A DNA stretch of 64,000 nt, from assembly GCA_963674745.2 (NCBI GenBank), contig CAXXDV010000003.1, positions 1,504,001 through 1,568,000 on the forward strand, written 5' to 3'. The notes under the pieces are model-generated. The model was not told the DNA's origin. It ran no database searches and saw only the letters and a program-made list of their open reading frames with translations. Source of the DNA: Desulfosudaceae bacterium. GTDB lineage: Bacteria; Desulfobacterota; Desulfobacteria; Desulfobacterales; Desulfosudaceae. Shown piece by piece: positions 1 through 9,431 of the stretch. Each line of letters opens with the position of its first letter. The stretch's first letter is position 1. A program made the position numbers and the translations under genes.

Positions 1-88
1 AGGCGGAAGGCGTCACTCCGGCCATGATAAAGGATTGTGCCATCCGGCTCTGTTGCCTGATGGATGAATTGAAGGCCATGCGATTATA

Positions 89-778
89 ATGAAAAAAAAG
101 AAATCATCAGACAATCAGCTTAAAGTATTCATCTCGAATCGCGAGTCAAAATGTGATGAATGCGGGCAGGAACTTGGCCGTCACGCCTGGATCGTCCTCA
201 AAGAGAATAAAGGCGCGGCCTGTTTAACCTGTGCGGACCTGGATCATCTGGTCTTTCTGCCGTCGGGCGATGCGGCGCTGACGCGCCGTTCAAGAAAACA
301 CTCACGGCTTTTTGCCGTTGTTTTGAAGTGGAGTCGCGCGCGAAAACGTTACGAGCGGCAGGGCCTCCTTGTCGAAGACAGCGCCCTTGAACTTGCCGAA
401 TGGGAGTGCGAGGCTGATGCGGAAAAACGGAAAATCCGACAGACCCAGGCCGCGCTTCGTCGCGCGGAGCTTGACGAGGAATACATCAGGTGTTTTGCCA
501 TTCGTGTTCGAGAGGTTTATCCACACTGCCCCGCTGAGCGGGAAATACGCATTGCCGAACACGCCTGCCGGAAGTACAGCGGTCGTGTAGGGCGCAGCGC
601 CGCTGCCAAAGACCTGGACGAAAACGCTGTCCGTCTGGCTGTAGCTGCACATGTCCGGCACACGGAAACAGAATATGACGCGCTTCTTGCGCGCATGGTT
701 GAAAGGCATAACGCCCGCGCCAGGGTACGGGATACTGTTGCGGAAGTATTACACCGATGGGAATACGGAGGCCCCTGA
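89..778 (+). CDS. DUF2293-domain protein with N-terminal Cys-pair (Zn-binding-like) region
   Basis: CDEC...CLTC; C-terminal 'IAEHACRKYSGRVGRSA...AVAAHVRHTETEYDALL' typical of DUF2293. Confidence 0.8.
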   Translation: MKKKKSSDNQLKVFISNRESKCDECGQELGRHAWIVLKENKGAACLTCADLDHLVFLPSGDAALTRRSRKHSRLFAVVLKWSRARKRYERQGLLVEDSALELAEWECEADAEKRKIRQTQAALRRAELDEEYIRCFAIRVREVYPHCPAEREIRIAEHACRKYSGRVGRSAAAKDLDENAVRLAVAAHVRHTETEYDALLARMVERHNARARVRDTVAEVLHRWEYGGP

Positions 779-846
779 CCGACCGGTTCCAGCGTCTTAA
801 CCCTGAAAACAGAACTTCAATGTTCTGGACGGTGTAGTTTCGAATA

Positions 847-945
847 CTCATTTTAGGGTCAAAAAGGGCATTCTAAGCCTTATTTTGTAGTGATTTTTGG
901 ACATATTTTCTTTTATATGAATACCTTGCCTTGGTCCGACCCGAT
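847..945 (-). repeat. Copy of dispersed repeat family E (core AAAATCACnnnAAATAAGGCTTAGAATGCCC)
   Basis: Reverse complement matches the copies at ~13731, ~31083 and ~41412. Confidence 0.6.
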
Positions 946-1047
946 TTGACGATGTTATCATCATCCAATTAATCATAGCCCAACCTGCCCGCAATTAGTA
1001 TACTGTCCACGGATTTGGCCTTTTTCGCCACTCCAAAAACCATCCAT

Positions 1048-2292
1048 ATGAATAAAACGAATGACAACATATTGAAATCATTATCGACTATATTAATGCT
1101 GGTTTTTATTGCCGTGGGGTTTCAGGGGTGTTCCTTATCGAAGGTTAAACCTGAAAAGGTTGACGGGTCAGCGCTTAAAAAACTGTCTGTGAGCCGGTAT
1201 CCTGAATTTACGGATGATATGAACTACGACGGATTAAAAGAGGCCATTCAGGAAAGCCTGACATATCTCAGAAAACTTCCGCCTGATCGCAAGTTCCGGT
1301 TTGACGAAGATGCGTATGATACACAGCATATGATTAAGACCCTGGCGCTTTTGGGGGACTTCCTGGGATATGCGCCATCAAAAGAATCGCTGAACAAATT
1401 TATCCGGTCCTGCTTTCAGGTGTATAAGGCCCGTGGCCGTAAAGAAACCGGGGATGTTCTTTTTACCGGATACTATGAACCCGCACTTGAGGCAAGCGCA
1501 TCGCCAGGCCCGGCGTTTCCTTATCCTGTTTTTGCACGCCCGGAGGATCATGTTGTTATTGATCTCCCCCGGTTTGGTCCCCGTTTCAAGGGGGAGAAGA
1601 AAATCGTCGGGCGGGTTACGGATGACAGAACAATCATTCCTTACTATGACCGCAGGGAAATAAATGAGGGCCGGCTTGCCGGCAAAGTTCACCCCCTGGC
1701 TTATGTGAAGGATCGGGTGGATCTTTTTTTTCTCCAAATACAAGGGTCCGGGAAACTCTATATTGACGGCGGGGCCCCTTTTTACGTTCAGTATCAGACG
1801 ACAAACGGTCATCCCTATAAAAGTATCGGTGCCTTGCTGATCCGTGAAGGCAAAATTGCCAGGGAAGAGATGTCCATGCAGAAGATCAGGTCCTATCTTC
1901 GTGAACATCCGGATGAGGTTGATGATGTGCTGAACTATAATCCGAGTTATGTATTTTTTAAGCTGAACAAAGACGGGCCCTACGGCTGTTACGGAACAAA
2001 AGTGACTGCCGGAAGATCGGTAGCGCTGGAAAAAAGGTTATTCCCGGCCGCTGCCGTGGGATTTATGACCTCTCAAAAACCTGTTGTAGATGCCGCGGGG
2101 AATATCAGCAAATGGCAGGATTTCAGCCGCTTTGTGCTGAACCAGGATACGGGCGGCGCCATCAAGGGACCGGGCCGGGCGGATCTGTTCTGGGGCGATG
2201 GTCCGTATGCTGAGATCGCAGCCGGATATTCGCAGCACCCGGGCGAGCTCTATTTTTTTATATTAAGGGCGCCCGCCCTCCCCTTACCATAA
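1048..2292 (+). CDS. mltA: Membrane-bound lytic murein transglycosylase A (lipoprotein)
   Basis: Lipobox FQGC; 'LFTGYYEP', 'FFLQIQGSG', 'NPSYVFF', 'QDTGGAIKGPGRADLFWG' (3D domain). ATG 1048 preferred over TTG 1015. Confidence 0.93.
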   Translation: MNKTNDNILKSLSTILMLVFIAVGFQGCSLSKVKPEKVDGSALKKLSVSRYPEFTDDMNYDGLKEAIQESLTYLRKLPPDRKFRFDEDAYDTQHMIKTLALLGDFLGYAPSKESLNKFIRSCFQVYKARGRKETGDVLFTGYYEPALEASASPGPAFPYPVFARPEDHVVIDLPRFGPRFKGEKKIVGRVTDDRTIIPYYDRREINEGRLAGKVHPLAYVKDRVDLFFLQIQGSGKLYIDGGAPFYVQYQTTNGHPYKSIGALLIREGKIAREEMSMQKIRSYLREHPDEVDDVLNYNPSYVFFKLNKDGPYGCYGTKVTAGRSVALEKRLFPAAAVGFMTSQKPVVDAAGNISKWQDFSRFVLNQDTGGAIKGPGRADLFWGDGPYAEIAAGYSQHPGELYFFILRAPALPLP

Positions 2293-2334
2293 ACGACCGG
2301 ATTCTCCAGCTACTCAGGACCTGGATAAAATCAA

Positions 2335-2400
2335 AATTCCGGGGACAGCATATCTATTTCATATTCAACATGACCGAAATAAGTATACTGTTCCCGGAAT
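2335..2400. repeat. REP-like doublet, family A (ATTCCGGGGACAGyATAyyTATTTC-spacer-inverted copy)
   Basis: Imperfect ~25 bp inverted repeat; near-identical element including the spacer at 44945-45008. Confidence 0.8.
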
Positions 2401-2535
2401 ACCTTCATCCCCCCCCCTCACCTTCCCGGCAAGTGACGCGCAGCGGAATCCCGGGTCGAGTCCAGGACAGGCTTAAGCCGGGGGCAAGTATAAAAATATG
2501 ATCATCCTCTAGCAAATCCCGCGTGTGGGAAAATC

Positions 2536-2564
2536 TTGACACCCTAGACCGCCTTTGTTATACA
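2536..2564 (+). promoter_or_regulatory. Putative sigma70 promoter of island operon (a)
   Basis: TTGACA (2536-2541), 17 bp spacer containing TGn, TATACA (2559-2564). Confidence 0.5.
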
Positions 2565-2714
2565 TAACAGCGAAAAAAAACAAGTTCTTATGCTTTTTGT
2601 ATCCTATTAGGTCATAAGAATGCTGCAAAAATTTACAAGTATTAAATCTTCCAATTGGGAGCTAATCAAACCATTACAATACAATTAAAAATCAATATAT
2701 AAGTTGAGATTCTT

Positions 2715-3650
2715 ATGAACTATCCAAAGATTACAATAGCCGGGGATTTAGGAAGTGGGAAAAGCACCATTGCCCAAAAAATATCAAAAAAATTATCAAT
2801 TAAAAGTTACTCTACTGGAGATATCCAACGGAAAATAGCGGAAAAATATGACAAAACAACACTTGAACTTAATGAATATATGAAAACTCATCCTGAAATT
2901 GATGAGGAAATTGATAATTTTACAATCAGTTTAAGTGAAAAAGAAGAGTCGTTTATCATTGATTCAAGAATGGCATGGCATTTTATAGAAGGAGCCTTTA
3001 ATCTTTTTTTGAAAGTAAGACCCGAAGTCGCGGCACAAAGAATTTTTGATGATCAAATAAGAATCAGCGAAACATATAAAAATGTTAACGAGGCATTAAA
3101 TAACATTTTGGAAAGAAAACTTATCGAGAATGATAGATTTAAACAATTATATGGGGTCGATTGTGAGAATATTGCCAACTATGATATGGTTGTAAACACT
3201 TCAAACGTCCCAGTTGATGCTATAGTGAATATTATATTAAGTGAATTTGATAAATGGAAAAACGACAAACATACCCCCTATTATTGGATCAACCCAAAAT
3301 TATTAATTCCAACACAGGATGTTATCGTGCTGGGAAGAGATGAAGGTAAGCAAGTCTATGATTCAATGCAGTGTAATGGGTTTAATTATGAGTTTCCGGT
3401 TTTAGCGATAAATATTGAAAATATTTCTTATATTTACGATGGGCACAAACGGACAAGCGCTGCGATAATGCATAATATACCTTTGGTTCCAATAGTTGTA
3501 ATAGCTACTGATGACGAAAAAATGCCCTTTAATATTACGGCTAAGCAGTTTGTAAAAACAGAATCGATTCAAAATTATATTTATAACTGGGAGAGTTGTC
3601 ATCGCTATAACTTTTCAGACTACATAAATGAAAATTTTTTTAAGGAATAA
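2715..3650 (+). CDS. Cytidylate kinase-like P-loop nucleotide kinase fused to a C-terminal ParB/Srx-like domain
   Basis: 'ITIAGDLGSGKST', 'STGDIQR', 'IIDSRMAWHF'; C-terminal 'LLIPTQ...PVLA...YIYDGHKRTSAA...VPIVV' matches the ParB/Srx DGHxR motif. Confidence 0.75.
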   Translation: MNYPKITIAGDLGSGKSTIAQKISKKLSIKSYSTGDIQRKIAEKYDKTTLELNEYMKTHPEIDEEIDNFTISLSEKEESFIIDSRMAWHFIEGAFNLFLKVRPEVAAQRIFDDQIRISETYKNVNEALNNILERKLIENDRFKQLYGVDCENIANYDMVVNTSNVPVDAIVNIILSEFDKWKNDKHTPYYWINPKLLIPTQDVIVLGRDEGKQVYDSMQCNGFNYEFPVLAINIENISYIYDGHKRTSAAIMHNIPLVPIVVIATDDEKMPFNITAKQFVKTESIQNYIYNWESCHRYNFSDYINENFFKE

Positions 3651-3652
3651 CA

Positions 3653-6136
3653 ATGCCATCTGTTGAAAATGATTTATACGACACTTATCTGTCCGAAAAA
3701 AATGAAATAGACAACATTGATGATATTTTATCCCAAACTTTAAAAATATTTAATGATTTCTATGACAATGATACAGCCTGGCCATACGAAATTCGTCATG
3801 ATGAAAATGATGGAAAAGCTAAAAGACCAAACCGTTTCTCTTTCAGCACTACAATTATGATTCTTCATTCCATCGCGGCATCTTTAGGAAAGTTAAAGGG
3901 ATCTCATATCGCATTTGGCATAGATAGAAATAGTTGTATTTTCAAAATTCCGAAAATATATAAAGAGCTTACTGAAGACCTATTGGAAAAGTATGAAAAA
4001 AGTCTGGAATTAATTATCCAAAAATCCAAATTAGAAAAAAAAGTAAACAAAATACATGTTACTTTTGACTCATCAAATTTTGGAATAAATGATCCTTTTT
4101 CTTATTCATGGTTTTTAGAAATATTCTATTCTCACTCCAATGGTAAGCATTCGGAATACAAATCACAGTTAATTAAAGACGCCATTGGGATGCTTGAAAG
4201 GTCAATCAAGAGCTTAGAAAAAGGCGACAAAGGGTTCTTAATATGGCGCAATAAAAAAGAATTAAAACATTATGAATCATTGCGTCATTCTTTTCCATTA
4301 TTACGTGCTATCAATGTTTTACTCGTTTTATATAAAAATGAAGAAAATGAGGTTAAATCTTTATTTGAGAATAATATTGAAAAATTATCACAACATTGTC
4401 TTTCGTGCATCTATCGACATTTATCGTTAAAGGACATAGAACATGGCGACTTTGATGTTGCTGAGCTTGTTTTAAGCCTTGAGGCTTATCTTTTACTGAC
4501 ACAACAATCGAAAATAAATATCAATAAAAATATGCTAGATAGAATTTTTAATATAATTGAGGAAAGTCAAAAGACAAGCACATATTGGAGGCCATTAAAG
4601 CCATTTGTCAAAACAAAATCAGGTTTTGTCCTATTGCCATTAAGTATCGAAATAACGAACTCTTTGTTAAGGATATGCCACATTATTCGCGAATCATATT
4701 TACAAGAAGATTATTTTACTCCATATGTTCATATTTTCAGAAAGTACACAACATGGTTATTGACTAGAGTAGAAAAGAATCACACTAGCCATTCTAGCGA
4801 TCAAAAACAATTTACAGGCTGGCACTCAGAGAATGTGCTTGAAACTGGTGTTGTCCACCCTTGGGATACATCTCAAGTGGTTTTATTTTTACTTCAATAT
4901 AGAGCAAGCCTAAAAGAACACATTGCAAAGAAATCATTAGAAGAAACAAATTTATATTCATATAAAATATCAAGGAAAAAACACAATAAATCATCGTCCC
5001 CAATAGATGCAATGCAATACTGGATAGATAATTGGCAGGACACTGAACCTCTATCCTCCTTGACTGAAGAGAGCAGTTATTGTGTTTTAAAAAGAATTGG
5101 AGAGAAATACATTAAACCACGGTTAGAGAATAATGATGGAGAAGACCCTTTTTATTCTATGTTATTATATGGCCCACCTGGAACAGGGAAAACCGCTATA
5201 GCTGAAGAAATTGCGAAAAGCCTTCAATGGAATTTCATAAACATCACGCCCAGCAACTTTATCAAAAAAGGTGAGTCTGAAGTTGAAAATAGAGCCAATA
5301 ATATCTTTACAGCACTATTGGAACAAAATAATTGTGTTATTTTATTTGATGAAATCGATCGCTTAATTCTGGATAGGGATTCTGGTGATTATCATAAGCA
5401 GAGCGATATTTTTCAATTCATGACACCAAGTATGCTTGTAAAATTCAAAAAATTAAGAGATAAGAATAATTCTATTTTCATTATTGCAACAAATTATGAA
5501 GAACGTATAGACCCTGCAATAAAAAGAGTTGGTAGAATAGATGAAAATTTTTTGATTGTTCCACCAGATTCAGCCCAAAGATGGAACATTATAAAAAAAA
5601 TATTAGCTTCCGAAAAAAATCAGGAATTAAAGTCTATATACGATCGAATCAATAAGGATGATATAATAACAACAATAGAGAGAACTTGCTTATATAAATT
5701 TGGTGAACTGAAAAAGCTGACTAATGACGTTATGAATGAATTTGCTAAAAACGAAATAACAAAAACAGCTTTGGTTTCCTGTTTTGATAGTGCAGAAATC
5801 CCACCCCCTGAGCTTACGTTGTCAAAATATAAAAACTTGATATTTAAAAATAATAGGAAAAATAATAACATCACCTCGAATCAAAAGCCGTATGAAGAAT
5901 ACCTTATTCTTTTTTATTTAAAATATATTGATGTCCACAACGAGTCTTCCCAAGATAGAACTGACGTTGTGAATTTTCAAAAAGTAGTCAAAGGAATATG
6001 TAATAACAAAACTCCCAAAATCGAAAGGGATTTCAAAGATTCAATCAAGCCGGTAATCAAAGACAATTATATAATAAACAAATTGTATACTTTTTATAAT
6101 AATATCCCAAGTGATGGTAATGGACAGAATAAATAG
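3653..6136 (+). CDS. Large AAA ATPase with an uncharacterised ~490 aa N-terminal region
   Basis: Walker A GPPGTGKT, Walker B ILFDEID, SRH 'IATNYEERIDPAIKRVGRID'. Confidence 0.85.
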   Translation: MPSVENDLYDTYLSEKNEIDNIDDILSQTLKIFNDFYDNDTAWPYEIRHDENDGKAKRPNRFSFSTTIMILHSIAASLGKLKGSHIAFGIDRNSCIFKIPKIYKELTEDLLEKYEKSLELIIQKSKLEKKVNKIHVTFDSSNFGINDPFSYSWFLEIFYSHSNGKHSEYKSQLIKDAIGMLERSIKSLEKGDKGFLIWRNKKELKHYESLRHSFPLLRAINVLLVLYKNEENEVKSLFENNIEKLSQHCLSCIYRHLSLKDIEHGDFDVAELVLSLEAYLLLTQQSKININKNMLDRIFNIIEESQKTSTYWRPLKPFVKTKSGFVLLPLSIEITNSLLRICHIIRESYLQEDYFTPYVHIFRKYTTWLLTRVEKNHTSHSSDQKQFTGWHSENVLETGVVHPWDTSQVVLFLLQYRASLKEHIAKKSLEETNLYSYKISRKKHNKSSSPIDAMQYWIDNWQDTEPLSSLTEESSYCVLKRIGEKYIKPRLENNDGEDPFYSMLLYGPPGTGKTAIAEEIAKSLQWNFINITPSNFIKKGESEVENRANNIFTALLEQNNCVILFDEIDRLILDRDSGDYHKQSDIFQFMTPSMLVKFKKLRDKNNSIFIIATNYEERIDPAIKRVGRIDENFLIVPPDSAQRWNIIKKILASEKNQELKSIYDRINKDDIITTIERTCLYKFGELKKLTNDVMNEFAKNEITKTALVSCFDSAEIPPPELTLSKYKNLIFKNNRKNNNITSNQKPYEEYLILFYLKYIDVHNESSQDRTDVVNFQKVVKGICNNKTPKIERDFKDSIKPVIKDNYIINKLYTFYNNIPSDGNGQNK

Positions 6137-8171
6137 CCCCTATAAAAGCAGTTATATTGACAAATTGTCTGAACAATTAAAATGCATTGTGCATAAAGGT
6201 GATAATTTTTATGTATCGGCGCCAATTACAAGCGGAAAAAGGTTTATATCTTGGTATAAATCAACAGGGAAAAACCTAAAAGGAAAAGGCGATAATATTT
6301 ACCGCCATGAACACTTTCAATCAGTTATCACTAAAAATATTGAAGAGGCAAACAACAAAATTTGTGCTCTTAAAAATAGTATTGATGGAATTATTATTGA
6401 CCCTTCAAAACTTGAATTTCAAGAATGGGAACAGGACGAATACCGTTATTATTGGGGTAAAATTATTGAACAATATGTTAACACTGTCATTTTCTTAGAT
6501 AGCTGGGAATACAGTAACGGATGCACCTTTGAATTCTTAAAAGCTTCAAATTGTGGTTTAAAAATCTTAAATGAGGATTTAAAGACTTTAACAGTCGTTG
6601 ATGGGTTAGAACTGCTTAACAAGTCAATTCATGCCCTAAAAAAGAATGGACTTCCAACAGCCTATATTGAAAAAATTATAAATGAATTACAAAACATCAT
6701 ATCTATTAACCTCCCCGTTAATTCAAGCCAACAATCTATAGAAGTTTCTTGGACATTAGAGAAGAAAGAGATCGATACTCTTCATTACAAAGATGAAATT
6801 CTTAACGATATAGCATTTTTTGGGAATGTCGCCCAGTTTGTAAGTTTTAACAACGACAATTTTTTATCAAGACGGTTCAATCGAATTTCAGGATTCGAAC
6901 CTAATCATAATTTTGAATCCGCAAAAAATGCAATCGAGCATTTGCTTGAAAATTCAGTTGACCATAAAGTAAATATAAGAAGCTTCCGCCCCGATAATCC
7001 GAAAGGCTGTCCATTCATTTATGGACTTTCGTCTGTTGATGATGTGTTAAATAATATTATCAAATTATCTTCTGAAGGATTATATACAATAGTAAATGAA
7101 ACCATTGATGTATCAGATAGCGGTGTTTCTGGCGTCTTGCTAAATGATTTAATAGAATTTTCTCCTGATGATACGCCGAAATGCGTCGAAAAAGCAGGAA
7201 CTTGTAGGTTGCCACGGATTTTAGGCATAAAACTATTAAGTAAAATTTATGGTTTCTTTCCTCTGCTGAATTATCCGCCTGAATATCGTGTTGAGTTTAG
7301 CATTCACCCGATTAGAAGAGGATTTTTGAAAGAGCATACAATTATTTGGGAAATTGAATATTTTGGAGATGTAAAAAATTCCTTTGAAATTGATTGGCCC
7401 AACAATTTCAGTAGATTTATTGGTGATAAAGCTTTTGGACTTCTACTAGCTGATACGATTCTCTTACCAGTTCCAAAAACACATGTGATAGGAAAAAGAT
7501 TACCTGTATTTAGTTTTGGCCAGAATACGCAGACAAACGAGTATTGGATCAGAACTTGTCCGGAAGTTCCAGAACCAGGTTATTACACAACAAAGTTTGG
7601 ATGGTCTGACCCCTTTGAGTTAATGTCTGAGAAACAAGATGAGGTTAACTGGTCATCTTCAAAATCGCCTGTAAAATCTATTCTTTCCCAAGAAAGTGTC
7701 GAACCGATATGGTCTGGTGCCTTGATGTCAAGTGCCAACTCTTCTAAGCCAGTTATTGAGGGGGTTAAAGGTCGAGGTGATAAATTTATGCTCGGGAAGC
7801 GAATAGAAGTTCTTCCGAATGACGTTATGCAAGCAGTACATCATTTATACAATGCTGCTTTCAGCCAGATTGGGCCAGTTCACATTGAATGGGTTTTTGA
7901 TGGCCAAAAAGCATGGTGTGTGCAAATTCACAAATTGAAAGAGAACAGTATCAGTAGTGATATAATCGTTGAAGGCCATAAAAACACCAAATATGTTAAT
8001 TATTATACAAAGAACGGACTTGACGGATTAAGGTCTCTTATCAAATCAATGTCTGAAGACAACGATGGGGGGGGGGTTAATCTTATTGGCGATATTGGTA
8101 TTACAAGCCATTTTGGTGATCTGTTAAGAAAAGCAAAAATTCCATCCAAGATCGTTCGTTCAGAATCGTAG
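6111..8171 (+). CDS. Multidomain protein: NDT/DUF4406-like N-terminus, ATP-grasp-like (PPDK/PEP-synthase type) region, C-terminal phospho-His swivel-like motif
   Basis: 'FYVSAPITSG...FLDSWEYSNGCTFEF'; 'SQESVEPIWSG', 'IEGVKGRGD', 'IEWVFDGQKAWCVQ'; 'GITSHFGDLLRKAKIP'. Overlaps the AAA stop; start could be 6114 or 6120. Confidence 0.6.
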   Translation: MMVMDRINSPYKSSYIDKLSEQLKCIVHKGDNFYVSAPITSGKRFISWYKSTGKNLKGKGDNIYRHEHFQSVITKNIEEANNKICALKNSIDGIIIDPSKLEFQEWEQDEYRYYWGKIIEQYVNTVIFLDSWEYSNGCTFEFLKASNCGLKILNEDLKTLTVVDGLELLNKSIHALKKNGLPTAYIEKIINELQNIISINLPVNSSQQSIEVSWTLEKKEIDTLHYKDEILNDIAFFGNVAQFVSFNNDNFLSRRFNRISGFEPNHNFESAKNAIEHLLENSVDHKVNIRSFRPDNPKGCPFIYGLSSVDDVLNNIIKLSSEGLYTIVNETIDVSDSGVSGVLLNDLIEFSPDDTPKCVEKAGTCRLPRILGIKLLSKIYGFFPLLNYPPEYRVEFSIHPIRRGFLKEHTIIWEIEYFGDVKNSFEIDWPNNFSRFIGDKAFGLLLADTILLPVPKTHVIGKRLPVFSFGQNTQTNEYWIRTCPEVPEPGYYTTKFGWSDPFELMSEKQDEVNWSSSKSPVKSILSQESVEPIWSGALMSSANSSKPVIEGVKGRGDKFMLGKRIEVLPNDVMQAVHHLYNAAFSQIGPVHIEWVFDGQKAWCVQIHKLKENSISSDIIVEGHKNTKYVNYYTKNGLDGLRSLIKSMSEDNDGGGVNLIGDIGITSHFGDLLRKAKIPSKIVRSES

Positions 8172-8205
8172 GATACGGTCATAGACATATTAACTTTTAA
8201 AAAAG

Positions 8206-9402
8206 TTAAAACTTCATTTTCTTTATCATGTTCGAACTATAAACTTGATTATTTTTGATTATATTTAAGATATTATTATTATCCCAATATCTATAGTTGG
8301 GTAGCCTTTTACTTCTCCCTAAAATCCAACGATCTATTGCCTGTTCAGCAACCTCATCAACTGAATATAAGAATTTGAAATTTGGTCTTTTATTTTCTCC
8401 CCTTAACACCTTTCTAGCGTTAGATGCCAATTCAGAAATATAGATTTCTCTCTTAATACCATGACACAATATATTAGGATTCATGCCTATTTGTGATAAA
8501 GTTTTTTTAACAGTTCGTATGCGCCAATTTGGGCCATCACCAAAATTGAAATCAGATTCATAATTATCGTCAGTTCGTTTTAAATATTCTACCATTAAAC
8601 TAAAAATACGGTTGGAAATGTGGAAATGTCCCCACCCAGTTGTATAACCTACTGACGTAAAGTAATTCACCTGATTTAGTTTTAAACGATTATAAATAGA
8701 TGATTTCCCTAATGCCGATGAAGTTGTTACCATTAATAATGAAGGATTTTTTTGTTTTTTAGAGATCAATCCAGTTTTTGATGCATACTTATTTTTAAAA
8801 AAAGAGAGGACTTCTCTTGTTCTGACTAGACATGCGACTAATTTCCCACATAGTAACTCATTATAAGGTGGGATTGCCCCTAAAACATACGCATCAAGCA
8901 CATTGACTAGTCTTTCTTTTCTATCATCTGCATTCCATGCAATAAAATCGTCTCTAGGCTTTAAATTAAAAACGGGGTCACCAAGAGCAATAATTCCAAT
9001 TAATTTATTAATATTTTCATCCCATACTAAAAAACGCATCCTCCTTCCATAACCCTGAGAAACGGGAATGCTCCATGTTAAACTTGCTAAACGGAATAAA
9101 TCACTTTGCCATGTTTTTGATTTAATAATTTCAATCCTTGGTTTAATTTTATGGGCTGTGATTTCTGATCCATTCGCAAAATAATTTTTTAATCGGGGCC
9201 ATTGGAAATTAACAAAATCAATATATTTATTGAAATTGTCAATCCTTTGAAGAAGGTGTGCTTTTCTAATATTATCTTTATTGACATTTGGAGGGATTAA
9301 AGCGCCTGTATCAGACTTAGAAAAGCCTAATTTTTTAAGGTGGCTTCTTACCTCTCTTTTAAGCTTTGCTTCTAGCGAAAATAGAGTTATTGGCTTATTC
9401 AT
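8206..9402 (-). CDS. druA: DruA-like (DUF4338) protein
   Basis: 'WSIPVSQGYGRRMRFLVWD...LIGIIALGDPVFNLKPRDDFIAW...LGAIPPYNELLCGKLVA...TTSSALGKSSIYNRL...GYTTGWGHFH'. Confidence 0.8.
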   Translation of the reverse strand: MNKPITLFSLEAKLKREVRSHLKKLGFSKSDTGALIPPNVNKDNIRKAHLLQRIDNFNKYIDFVNFQWPRLKNYFANGSEITAHKIKPRIEIIKSKTWQSDLFRLASLTWSIPVSQGYGRRMRFLVWDENINKLIGIIALGDPVFNLKPRDDFIAWNADDRKERLVNVLDAYVLGAIPPYNELLCGKLVACLVRTREVLSFFKNKYASKTGLISKKQKNPSLLMVTTSSALGKSSIYNRLKLNQVNYFTSVGYTTGWGHFHISNRIFSLMVEYLKRTDDNYESDFNFGDGPNWRIRTVKKTLSQIGMNPNILCHGIKREIYISELASNARKVLRGENKRPNFKFLYSVDEVAEQAIDRWILGRSKRLPNYRYWDNNNILNIIKNNQVYSSNMIKKMKF

Positions 9403-9431
9403 TAGTTTTCAACTTTACCTTAAAGTAATTG

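Noticed and set aside
2715..8171. CBASS/Pycsar or a plasmid ParAB partition locus
   Set aside because: No nucleotidyltransferase, cyclase or HORMA motifs seen; the ParB-like domain lacks an HTH and there is no ParA-type Walker A
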